Below are positions 35,934 through 44,807 of a stretch of DNA of 61,218 nucleotides, in pieces. Numbering within the stretch: the first letter of the stretch is position 1; every line of letters starts with the position of its first letter. This DNA is from Planctomycetota bacterium. Lineage in GTDB: Bacteria > Planctomycetota > UBA1135. The stretch covers positions 1-61,218 of the forward strand of contig JASFYO010000015.1 of the NCBI GenBank assembly GCA_045047305.1, given 5' to 3'. Made by a program: the position numbers and the translations under genes. The notes under the pieces are model-generated. The model had not been told where the DNA came from and did no database searches. It saw nothing but the letters and a program-made list of their open reading frames with translations.

Positions 35934-38719
35934 ATGAACTTTCATGGAGGCAAAGATTGGGGACTAGGGTTCAACTCCTGGTCTCCTTGATGATTCTGTT
36001 AACGGTAGGAGTTTCATCGGTGCTCTCGGTAGTGGAGTCCAATCGCGGGCTGCAAAAAGACTTGGTAGATTTTTCAGAGCGCACCTCAGCAATCCTTGCT
36101 CTTCGTTCCGGTGAAATATTGATCGATGAAGATTTGACCGCTATGCAGGAGGTACTCTCAACTCTTGCGCGCGATAATAAAACGCTGAATGAAGCTTATT
36201 ACACCGATGATTCCGGCAAGATCCTAGCGCATATGAACCCGGACTTTGAGGGGAAGCTTGTGGAGGGATTAATTTCTCCACCCAGCGAAGTCATTTCTTC
36301 CATCTTTGAGAAAAATGGGCAAAAGGTGATTGGGGTCATGGCGCCAATCCTGGTGAGCGGCGAACCATTTGGAACTCTCTATCTTGAATACTCCACGGCT
36401 CATCTAGATGAAATTCGCAACGGACTTATTCGTACCGCATTTTGGGAGGGGCTTGCGCTTCTTGTTCTTGGGCTAATCGTTGCTGGCTGGTTGGGAAAAC
36501 GAATCTCATCGCCTCTGCAAAGTCTTCTTTTGGACACGGAAGCGGTTGGAAGTGGAGATCTCTCGGTGCGCAGTATGGTGAACCGGAAAGACGAAATCGG
36601 CGCGCTTGCGCATTCCTTTAATCAAATGACATCCAACTTGAGAAAGGCGAAGGATGAGTTGGAGGAATATTCCAAAGAGTTGGAGCAACGGGTGGAGGAG
36701 CGGACCCAGGAATTGTCGCTTAGCGGTGTGGAAATTGCGCGCAAAGAGGCTATTTTGCGTGGTATGGCACAGGCATCGCCGCAAGGGATTTTAGTGGTCG
36801 ATGAGAAGGAAGACCTCATCTTATTTGCGAATGCCAACACCCTGAAGCTTATGCCGAGCGCGAGTTTCGCAGGTTATAAAGACCTGATCGGCGGCAGTTT
36901 TCAGGCGCTTCTCGATAGCTGGGTAAGTACAAAGCTGCTGAAAGAGAACATTCGCCTTGAGTTAGAAGACTTGTCCTCGCGCGTCCTACCCTCCGAGGCT
37001 TGGCTCTTGGATTTGCCCAGAGGGGACTTTCTTCGGCTAACAACCCTGCCGGTTCAGTTGAATGAATCGCAAGCTCTCGGACGCCTATTTTTGCTCGATG
37101 ATATTACTCTGCAAGAGGTCGCAAAAATTGAAATCGAGAATGCACGTGATAAAGCAGTTGGCGCGGAGCAGGCTAAGTCTCAGTTTCTCGCCAACATGAG
37201 TCATGAAATCCGCACGCCGATGAATGGGGTAATTGGAATGACTGACTTATTGTTAGATACGCCGTTAGATCCGGAGCAGCAAGACTTTGCTCAAACCATT
37301 CGTGCGTCTGGTCATGCTTTGCTCACTGTGATTAACGACATTCTGGACTTCTCTAAGATTGAGGCTGGGAAGTTGGACCTTGATTGTGTCGATTTTGACC
37401 TCGGTGAAATCATTGAGGGAGCAACGGGTTTGTTGGCTAAACTTGCACATCAAAAGGGAGTGGAGCTGGCCTGCGAATTAGATCCATCTCTTCCGGTTGC
37501 AGTAGGTGGGGACCCTGGTCGTTTGCGCCAAGTGATCACGAACTTGGTAGGCAATGCCGTGAAGTTCACCTCAAAAGGAGAGGTCGTGGTCCACGGGAAG
37601 TGCCTTGACGATGAGGGAAGTGATAGTTTCCGCATTCGGGTTGAGGTGCGCGATACCGGTGTCGGCATTAGCGAAGAAGCGCAAGGGCGCCTCTTTCAGG
37701 CGTTTTCTCAGGCAGACATTTCTACCACCCGCAAATTTGGCGGCACCGGATTAGGCTTATCCATTTCAAAGAGTCTCGTTTCCATGATGCATGGAGATAT
37801 TGGGGTGGAATCTCAGTTGGGTGGTGGAAGCTGCTTCTGGTTCGAAGTGGTGCTGGCGAAACCGAGTGGGGAGTTGACTAAGCCACCTACATCCACCATT
37901 CAAGCGTTGCAAAACAGAAAGGTTTTGGTTGTCGATGACAACGCCACTAACCGATTGATTCTGCGTAATTATTTGCACAGCTGGGGCGTGGATTCAGAAC
38001 TTGTCGATGGGGCTAAGCCGGCGCTTGAGGCCATGCGTAATTTCCGTTTTGATTTAGTTCTTAGCGATATGCAAATGCCAGAGACCAGCGGACTCGAACT
38101 TGCTCAGGGCATCCAAAAAGAGTTCGGATCCGATTCTCCTCCGGTCATGATTCTTACTTCCATGGGCGACCGCATTCCACGCGATGTGATGCAAGAAAGC
38201 GGCATTGTGGAATGTTTAATGAAGCCGGTGTTTCGCCCCCGCCTCGCAGGCTCTTTGATGCGGGCATTGGCGCCGACCGAGGTCTCGCTCATGGAGATGG
38301 ACACGGAAGCAGAAGCACAGCAAAGTAAGAAGGCAATTCCATCGGATTACAAGTTCCGTGGAAAATTGCTTTTAGCCGAGGACAATCCGATCAACCGAAA
38401 GCTGGCGTTGAAACTATTAGAAACTTTGGGCTATAAAGCCGATGTCGCGGTCAATGGCCGCGAGGCGGTGGAGGCAGTTCAATCTCAAGAATATGGATTA
38501 GTTCTCATGGATTGCCAAATGCCCGAAATGGATGGCTACGAGGCCACACGTTTGATTCGGGCGGGCGGAAAGAAATGCTCCAGCATTCCGATTCTTGCGC
38601 TTACGGCAAATGCCATGTTTGGCGATCGGGAAAAGTGTATTGCCGCAGGCATGGACGATTACCTCACTAAGCCGATTGATCGAACAGAGCTTGCTGCCAA
38701 GCTAGAGCAGTACCTGTAA
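35930..38719 (+). CDS. Hybrid sensor histidine kinase (TM-periplasmic-TM-HAMP-PAS-like-HisKA-HATPase-REC-REC)
   Basis: DEIGALAHSFNQM (HAMP), FLANMSHEIRTPMNG, NLVGNAVKFT, DTGVG, GGTGLGL, VDDNATN/DMQMP, AEDNPIN/MDCQMP. Confidence 0.95.
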   Translation: MNELSWRQRLGTRVQLLVSLMILLTVGVSSVLSVVESNRGLQKDLVDFSERTSAILALRSGEILIDEDLTAMQEVLSTLARDNKTLNEAYYTDDSGKILAHMNPDFEGKLVEGLISPPSEVISSIFEKNGQKVIGVMAPILVSGEPFGTLYLEYSTAHLDEIRNGLIRTAFWEGLALLVLGLIVAGWLGKRISSPLQSLLLDTEAVGSGDLSVRSMVNRKDEIGALAHSFNQMTSNLRKAKDELEEYSKELEQRVEERTQELSLSGVEIARKEAILRGMAQASPQGILVVDEKEDLILFANANTLKLMPSASFAGYKDLIGGSFQALLDSWVSTKLLKENIRLELEDLSSRVLPSEAWLLDLPRGDFLRLTTLPVQLNESQALGRLFLLDDITLQEVAKIEIENARDKAVGAEQAKSQFLANMSHEIRTPMNGVIGMTDLLLDTPLDPEQQDFAQTIRASGHALLTVINDILDFSKIEAGKLDLDCVDFDLGEIIEGATGLLAKLAHQKGVELACELDPSLPVAVGGDPGRLRQVITNLVGNAVKFTSKGEVVVHGKCLDDEGSDSFRIRVEVRDTGVGISEEAQGRLFQAFSQADISTTRKFGGTGLGLSISKSLVSMMHGDIGVESQLGGGSCFWFEVVLAKPSGELTKPPTSTIQALQNRKVLVVDDNATNRLILRNYLHSWGVDSELVDGAKPALEAMRNFRFDLVLSDMQMPETSGLELAQGIQKEFGSDSPPVMILTSMGDRIPRDVMQESGIVECLMKPVFRPRLAGSLMRALAPTEVSLMEMDTEAEAQQSKKAIPSDYKFRGKLLLAEDNPINRKLALKLLETLGYKADVAVNGREAVEAVQSQEYGLVLMDCQMPEMDGYEATRLIRAGGKKCSSIPILALTANAMFGDREKCIAAGMDDYLTKPIDRTELAAKLEQYL

Positions 38720-38749
38720 TTGGCGGCCACTATCAGGAGGTGTGCAAGC

Positions 38750-39886
38750 TTAATAAGCCGGCAACACACCTAATTCTTTCGCTACGGCATCAACATAACG
38801 ATCGGTCATGCCGGAAACATAATCACACACTGCGCGATGATCGGAATCGGCATGTATGAAAAACCGCTCGGGCACGGCACCCAATTTATTTAGTAGCGCA
38901 TCAAAAACCTTATCCAGCAACTCCGTCGCGCGGCGCACGTGCCAGTTAACGCTTTCGTTGTAGTACATATTGTCGTACATATACTTATGCAGTACTGCAA
39001 CTTGCGCTTGGAATGCGCTGGAGTGGCCGATGAGTCGCGTTTCCGAAGCTTGTGCGTCGCGCGCAGATTTTGCATCGGTGCTGGCAAGGCGCCTCTTTGA
39101 TTCTTCACGGACGTCGGCGATAGCTATGCCGAGTAATTCGTTTGCAGCTCGGCGCCATAACAAGGAACCATCGCCCTCCTCTGGGTGACGCAACCGGGCT
39201 GCATCCACCGCGCTGGACCACAATTCTAAGTCTTCCACCATTTTCAGTGGATCCAAAATGCCTTCGCGAATGCCGTCGTCCACATCGTGATAGTGATAAG
39301 CCGTGCTGTCGGCCAAATCGACCAACTGCGCCTCGAGTAAAGGGAAACGCAAACGCGCGCCGGTTTCGGTATCGCTAACCACTTCATGTTTGCGTAAACA
39401 CGATTTAGTTTCTTCGGTTAAGTTTAATCCTTGGTATTCGGGGCTGCGACTTTCCAAGATATCCACGATGCGCAAACTTTGCCGGTTATGCGCAAAGCCG
39501 CCATGGTCTTTCATTTTTTCATTCAGCAAGACCTCACCCGAATGCCCATAAGGTGGGTGCCCCAAATCATGCGCTAAGGCCACCACTTCACACAGCGGTT
39601 CATTCATGTCTAAGGCACTAGCCAAGGACCGCGAAACTTGCAGCACTTCCAATGAGTGGGTGAGTCGGGTGCGCTGGTTGTCCCCAACGTGATTGACAAA
39701 GACCTGAGTCTTGTACATCAAGCGCCGAAACGCCGAGCAATGAATCACGCGATCGCGGTCACGTTCGAAGCGAGTGCGCCAGGCATCTGGAATCTCCTCG
39801 AAGGCGCGGCCCACTGATTTGGCCGAGTGGCTGGCAGCCGGATGCAGGTGCTCCAGCTCATAAGCTTCCTTGTCGAGGCGATCCAT
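38750..39886 (-). CDS. dgt: dGTP triphosphohydrolase (HD domain)
   Basis: FERDRDRVIH, FRRLMYKTQVF, RTRLTHSLEV, AHDLGHPPYGH, YHDVDDG, DYVSGMTD. Confidence 0.93.
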   Translation of the reverse strand: MDRLDKEAYELEHLHPAASHSAKSVGRAFEEIPDAWRTRFERDRDRVIHCSAFRRLMYKTQVFVNHVGDNQRTRLTHSLEVLQVSRSLASALDMNEPLCEVVALAHDLGHPPYGHSGEVLLNEKMKDHGGFAHNRQSLRIVDILESRSPEYQGLNLTEETKSCLRKHEVVSDTETGARLRFPLLEAQLVDLADSTAYHYHDVDDGIREGILDPLKMVEDLELWSSAVDAARLRHPEEGDGSLLWRRAANELLGIAIADVREESKRRLASTDAKSARDAQASETRLIGHSSAFQAQVAVLHKYMYDNMYYNESVNWHVRRATELLDKVFDALLNKLGAVPERFFIHADSDHRAVCDYVSGMTDRYVDAVAKELGVLPAY

Positions 39887-39997
39887 CGGCGGAGAGAATA
39901 AGGCCTTTTTCGATTTTTGGTTGCAGGATTGACCATTTTTCACGGCAAACCTATCATTTGCAGCCATTTTTGGGTTTGCCTACCCTACAAAACCTCG

Positions 39998-41050
39998 ATG
40001 TTCCAAATTCGACTACACGACCTCCCGTCTGCGGAGAGAAGTACCTTGCGCCAGCGGCTTGCCGTATGGGCCGAGGAGCGTGGTGGGAGTTTGGTCGAGG
40101 CCAAAGAGGGGGCGCAAGCTATTTATATGGAAGGAGTTACGGAAGAATCCGTTGAGCTTCTTCGTTCCTGGAAGGGCATCCATTCGGCTCAGGCAGAAAG
40201 GGCGAAAGGGCACGCTAGCTTGAAGGCTTTGCCGTCGGCGGTGGCAGTTCGGGGCGCTAAATTTGGCGATGGCAGCGCGAGTTGCATCGCCGGACCGTGC
40301 GCGGTGGAAAATTTTGACTCCCTTATGAGCCTGGCTGAGCAATTGGCATCCGCTGGTGCAACCGGTCTTCGAGGCGGAGCGTTCAAGCCGCGGACCTCTC
40401 CTTATGGCTTCCAAGGGTTGGGTGAGCGCGGGCTGGAAATGCTCTCTGCGGTTGGTCAAGCCACTGGTTTGGCGGTTGTCACTGAGCTTTTAGATGTCCG
40501 TGATCTAGACCTCGTCGCCAGCCACGCCGATGTCCTGCAAATCGGTTCGCGCAACATGAGTAACACTCCGTTGCTGCAAGAAGTCGGACGCTCTGGCCTG
40601 CCGGTTCTGCTGAAACGCGGCATGAGCGCCACCCTCGAGGAATTCCTTTTCGCAGCGGAATATGTTGCGCTGGGTGGGGCACCGAGCATCCTCCTATGTG
40701 AGCGCGGTCTGCGTCATTTTGATCCAGCTGTGCGTAACTTGCTAGATCTCTCCGCCGTGCCTGCACTCAAGGCGCGCACTGGGCTTCCTGTTATCGTCGA
40801 CCCGAGCCACGGCACTGGCGTGGCTACCCTAGTCCCCGACATGATGCTCGCTGCTGCTGCTGCAGGCGCCGATGGCTTCCTCATTGAGGTCCATCCAAAT
40901 CCATCTGCATCTTGGTCCGACGCCGATCAAGCCTTGCCGATTGAAATATTCACCGCGACACTTCCTCGTGTCGCCAAAGTGTTGCAGGCCTGTGAGCGCA
41001 ATTTGCATGGCTATGTGGCAACGACCCGGGTTGAAGAGCCCAAGATCTAA
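39998..41050 (+). CDS. aroF: DAHP synthase, type I-beta
   Basis: IAGPCAVE, RGGAFKPRTSPYGFQG, QIGSRNM, LKRG, CERG, VDPSH, EVHP, SDADQ. Confidence 0.92.
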   Translation: MFQIRLHDLPSAERSTLRQRLAVWAEERGGSLVEAKEGAQAIYMEGVTEESVELLRSWKGIHSAQAERAKGHASLKALPSAVAVRGAKFGDGSASCIAGPCAVENFDSLMSLAEQLASAGATGLRGGAFKPRTSPYGFQGLGERGLEMLSAVGQATGLAVVTELLDVRDLDLVASHADVLQIGSRNMSNTPLLQEVGRSGLPVLLKRGMSATLEEFLFAAEYVALGGAPSILLCERGLRHFDPAVRNLLDLSAVPALKARTGLPVIVDPSHGTGVATLVPDMMLAAAAAGADGFLIEVHPNPSASWSDADQALPIEIFTATLPRVAKVLQACERNLHGYVATTRVEEPKI

Positions 41051-41071
41051 CCCCCGAAAGATCCTAGAACC

Positions 41072-41830
41072 ATGGCAAGAACACCATACATCGCAGGAAA
41101 CTGGAAGATGCACCTCACAAAGCGCAAGGCTTCGGCTTTAGCGCGCGACGTCGCTGGGCACCAAGGTGAATCAAGCGCACGCAAAGTGGCAGTCTTTCCA
41201 ACCTTCGTTCACCTCGATCATGTGCGTCGCAACCTGAAGGGCAGCAATGTGATTCTCGGCGCGCAAAACTGTTTCGGCAAAAAAGAAGGCGCGTTCACTG
41301 GCGAGATTTCGCCTTACATGCTGCGTGATATGGGTGTGCAAGTGGTGCTGATTGGCCACTCTGAGCGCCGTCATGTGTTCGGAGAAACCGAAGACATGCT
41401 CTTCGATAAGGTCAAAATTGCCCTCCGCGCCAAGCTCGATGTCATGTTGTGCGTCGGCGAAACCCTGGATGAGCGCGAGGCTGGAGACACCTTCAAGGTG
41501 CTAGCACGGCAACTGAAGGCGTTAAAAGTCGTCAAGCCAACCCAATTCGATCGCATCAGCGTGGCTTATGAGCCTGTTTGGGCGATTGGAACTGGCAAAA
41601 CTGCCACCCCCGAGATGGCGCAGGAGGCACATGCTGAGTGCCGTCGGCAAATCGCGGGTATCCTAGGCGACGAGGCTGCGGCAACCATCCCCATCCTTTA
41701 CGGCGGCTCGGTCAAAGGTGCGAACGCACAAGACCTACTCGCCAACCCAGATGTCGACGGCGCCCTCGTTGGCGGCGCATCTCTTTCGATCGACGATTTC
41801 GGTCCCATTCTCGACGCCGCTAAGGCGTAA
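41072..41830 (+). CDS. tpiA: Triosephosphate isomerase
   Basis: AGNWKM, GAFTGE, GHSERR, AYEPVWAIGTG, LYGGSV, LVGGASL. Confidence 0.98.
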   Translation: MARTPYIAGNWKMHLTKRKASALARDVAGHQGESSARKVAVFPTFVHLDHVRRNLKGSNVILGAQNCFGKKEGAFTGEISPYMLRDMGVQVVLIGHSERRHVFGETEDMLFDKVKIALRAKLDVMLCVGETLDEREAGDTFKVLARQLKALKVVKPTQFDRISVAYEPVWAIGTGKTATPEMAQEAHAECRRQIAGILGDEAAATIPILYGGSVKGANAQDLLANPDVDGALVGGASLSIDDFGPILDAAKA

Positions 41831-41860
41831 TGACACCTCGCGTGTCGCACTGAACAAGCC

Positions 41861-42181
41861 ATGGCTTTCCTTCTCTACACTCTCTTTTTTGTCTCTGCTC
41901 TGCTTTTGATTCTGGTTGTCCTGGTTCAGGAAGGTCAGGGTGGCGGACTCGGTGGTGCACTTGGTGGCGCAGGTACCGAGACCTTCGGCGTGCGTGCCGG
42001 CGGTGTGAACAAAGTGACTTTCCTCCTTTTTGGCGTGTTTGTTTTGTCGGCCTTGGCTCTTCATTGGACCGCCGATAGCGCAAACTCTGGTTCCGTTCTG
42101 GAGCTGAACTCTGGAGTGGAAGCACCACCAGAGGCCGGTGGCGGTGAAGCACCAGTTCTTCCTGGCGGCGAAAACCAGTAG
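41861..42181 (+). CDS. secG: Preprotein translocase subunit SecG
   Basis: Two TM segments flanking LVQEGQGGGLGGALGGAG; follows tpiA. Confidence 0.9.
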   Translation: MAFLLYTLFFVSALLLILVVLVQEGQGGGLGGALGGAGTETFGVRAGGVNKVTFLLFGVFVLSALALHWTADSANSGSVLELNSGVEAPPEAGGGEAPVLPGGENQ

Positions 42182-42186
42182 GTCTC

Positions 42187-42816
42187 GTGGTGACCGTTGC
42201 CCCTACGCGGGAAGAAGTTGCTGAGCGCACTGCTGAAGCTTTGCGTCAAAGCGAAGCCCTGCTCGAAGGGCACTTTCTGCTTTCTTCCGGGCGCCATGCT
42301 GGACGCTACGTTCAGTGCGCACGGATGCTGCAGTACCCAAACTTTTCCGCTTCGGTTTGCGCCGATTTGGCGAAGCATGTGCAAGATGCCAGCAGCAACC
42401 AGCGCCCCTTCGATGTGGTGCTCGGCCCAGCCATGGGGGCAGTCACTTTCGCTTATGAACTTGCGCGCGCTTTTGGCGTCCGCGGTTTGTTCGCCGAACG
42501 GGCAGCGCAAGGCGGCTTCGAGTTGCGTCGCGGATTCACCATCGCTCCAGACGAACACGTTTTGGTCGCGGAAGATGTGGTCACCACCGGTAAAAGTGCC
42601 GGTGAAGTAGTGACGATGTTGCGCGGCATGGGTGTAAAGAACATCAGCGCTGCGTCCATCGTGAACCGTAGCGGTAAGGACAACCCTTTCGGGGACATCT
42701 CCTACTACCGTTGTTTGGATCTCGAAGTCCCCTCTTGGGAAGCCGCTGATTGCCCCTTGTGCGCGGACAAGAACGTTGGACCGGCAGTGAAGCCGGGGAG
42801 TCGTCCGGGGCTATGA
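42187..42816 (+). CDS. pyrE: Orotate phosphoribosyltransferase
   Basis: GHFLLSSGRH, GPAMGA, LRRGF, VAEDVVTTGKS. Confidence 0.93.
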   Translation: MVTVAPTREEVAERTAEALRQSEALLEGHFLLSSGRHAGRYVQCARMLQYPNFSASVCADLAKHVQDASSNQRPFDVVLGPAMGAVTFAYELARAFGVRGLFAERAAQGGFELRRGFTIAPDEHVLVAEDVVTTGKSAGEVVTMLRGMGVKNISAASIVNRSGKDNPFGDISYYRCLDLEVPSWEAADCPLCADKNVGPAVKPGSRPGL

Positions 42817-43697
42817 ACCTTTCCAGCATGACCGGCTATGGCCGTGGACGCTTTGAGAACCGCCACGCCATCGTGTCGGTGGAGCTACGTTCTGTGAACG
42901 GCAAAGGCTTGAACACCAAGTTGCGTTTGCCTCATGATCGCTTGGAGCTTGAATCGAAGGTCGAAGCGGAACTACGTAAGGTCTTGGAGCGCGGTAGTGT
43001 GACTGGGCAAGTACGGGTTAGCTTGCTAGAGCAGCCGCTTGCCGAGCTAAATCTCAAAGTACTGCACGGTTACTTGAAGGCTTGGCGTAAAGCGGAGAAG
43101 GAGTTGAAGTTGAAGAAGGCGGAACCTTCGATGTCGGAGTTGTTGGCGCTTCCGGGTGCACAACACGGCACAGAAGAAGCTCCAGCAGTGACCAAAGGTG
43201 TGGCCAAAGCCGTCATAGCTGCCACCCAAGAGGCACTCAAGGCTTTGTTGCAGTCGCGCGCCGACGAAGGCAAACAGCTCGCCAAAGAGATGCAACGTCT
43301 CATCAAGAGCTTGGCCGTGGCGGTGAAGAAGGTTGAAAAACTGGGGCCGAAGGTTAAGGCGGCACAAGAGGCGCGGCTGACGGAACGGGTAAACAAGGCC
43401 TTGGAGGCGATTGATCGCACCGAGCCAATCGATCTTGCTCGCGAGCTCGTAGTTCTAGCCGAACGCGCTGATATTCAAGAGGAAATCGCGCGGCTGGATA
43501 TTCACGTGGAGCGTTTGGCTGCAAAAGTAAAGGCCGGCGGCGCGGTAGGACGCGAGTTGGAATTTCTAGTACAAGAGTGCCACAGAGAGGTCACGACGAT
43601 GGGCAACAAGTCGTCAGATCAAACCCTTTCGGAGTTGGTGGTCACTATGAAGATGCTGGTGCAGCAGATGAAGGAGCAGCTGGCCAATGTCGAGTGA
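42813..43697 (+). CDS. yicC: YicC/YloC family endoribonuclease
   Basis: SMTGYGR, ELRSVN, DIQEEIARL, GRELEFLVQE.HREVTTMGNK, KEQLANVE. Confidence 0.92.
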   Translation: MNLSSMTGYGRGRFENRHAIVSVELRSVNGKGLNTKLRLPHDRLELESKVEAELRKVLERGSVTGQVRVSLLEQPLAELNLKVLHGYLKAWRKAEKELKLKKAEPSMSELLALPGAQHGTEEAPAVTKGVAKAVIAATQEALKALLQSRADEGKQLAKEMQRLIKSLAVAVKKVEKLGPKVKAAQEARLTERVNKALEAIDRTEPIDLARELVVLAERADIQEEIARLDIHVERLAAKVKAGGAVGRELEFLVQECHREVTTMGNKSSDQTLSELVVTMKMLVQQMKEQLANVE

Positions 43698-44256
43698 GCT
43701 TGGACGACTGATTGTCGTTTCCGGGCCCACCGCGTCCGGGAAATCCACGCTGTGGCATCGTTTAGTGCAGCGCAGTACGGTGGATTTTTCGGTAAGCGCC
43801 ACCACCCGAGCACCGCGTAAAGGTGAAAAGGATGGCTATGACTATCATTTCGTCAGCGAGGAGCAGTTCCAAGAGTGGATTGCCGACGGCGCCTTCTTAG
43901 AGTGGGCAGAAGTCCACGGCAAGCATTACGGAACGCTGCGAAAGCATGTCGAAGCATCGCTGGAGATTGGCCACGACATCGTTTTGGAAATCGATGTGCA
44001 AGGAGCTGGGCAGTTGAAGGACTGTGACCTACCTATGATCTCGATTTTCGTGCAGCCCCCTTCGATGGAAATTTTGCGTCAGCGTTTGCGCGACCGTGGA
44101 ACGGAAACCGAAGCGCAGATGAATCTTCGTTTAGCGGTGGTCGAGCAAGAAATGGCCTTCGCGAAGGATTATCAGCATCAGGTGGTGAACGACGCCTTTC
44201 CACGTATGCTGGAAGAGGTGGAAGAGCTTCTCGGATACGCCAAGGAGAACGCATAG
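43687..44256 (+). CDS. gmk: Guanylate kinase
   Basis: SGPTASGKST, SATTRAPR, DYHFVS, FLEWAEVHG, LEIDVQGA. Confidence 0.96.
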   Translation: MSSELGRLIVVSGPTASGKSTLWHRLVQRSTVDFSVSATTRAPRKGEKDGYDYHFVSEEQFQEWIADGAFLEWAEVHGKHYGTLRKHVEASLEIGHDIVLEIDVQGAGQLKDCDLPMISIFVQPPSMEILRQRLRDRGTETEAQMNLRLAVVEQEMAFAKDYQHQVVNDAFPRMLEEVEELLGYAKENA

Positions 44257-44807
44257 TGGCGCGCATTCTCGTTGCAGTGAGTGGTTCCGCAGCGTGCTTT
44301 AAGGCGGCTGCGCTTTGTTCCCAATTGAGCCAAGCCGGGCACGGCGTGCAGGTTGTTCTCACCAGCTCGGCTGCAAAAATGGTGCAGCCACTGCAGTTTT
44401 CTTGCCTCACCGGCAACCCTGCTTTGGTCGACGAGTTCGACCCCGCAGACCCCGCCGGCATGGACCACATTGCTTTGGCCAAGGACGCCGACCTGCTCGT
44501 CGTTGTTCCTGCAACAGCCAATACCATCGGCAACCTCGCTCAAGGTTTGGCGCCGAATCTTCTTGGTAGCCTCGCTTTGGCTTACGCATCACAAGGGCCT
44601 CGCTTGCTGGTCCCTGCCATGCACCCAGGCATGTGGGGGAATCCAGCCGTTCAACGCAATATCGCGACTTTGCTTGAAGATGGTTGGGTGCAAGTGGGCC
44701 CAGTCGTCGGCGGCACCGCCTGTGGCGAGTTCGGAGAAGGCCGCATGGTGGAAACTGAAGTCATCTTGGCTGCAATTAAGTCGGCATTGCCCTCCCCTCG
44801 CTCATGA
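44256..44807 (+). CDS. coaC: Phosphopantothenoylcysteine decarboxylase (stand-alone flavoprotein)
   Basis: VSGSAACFK, HIALA, PATAN, PAMHPGMW, ACGEFGEGRM. Confidence 0.88.
   Translation: MARILVAVSGSAACFKAAALCSQLSQAGHGVQVVLTSSAAKMVQPLQFSCLTGNPALVDEFDPADPAGMDHIALAKDADLLVVVPATANTIGNLAQGLAPNLLGSLALAYASQGPRLLVPAMHPGMWGNPAVQRNIATLLEDGWVQVGPVVGGTACGEFGEGRMVETEVILAAIKSALPSPRS

Noticed and set aside
38750..39886. dGTPase as an antiphage gene
   Set aside because: Short housekeeping-type Dgt among core genes, with no defence context.
44610..44640. CoaC motif PAMH instead of PAMN
   Set aside because: A known natural variant in CoaBC proteins; the catalytic His and Cys motifs are present.
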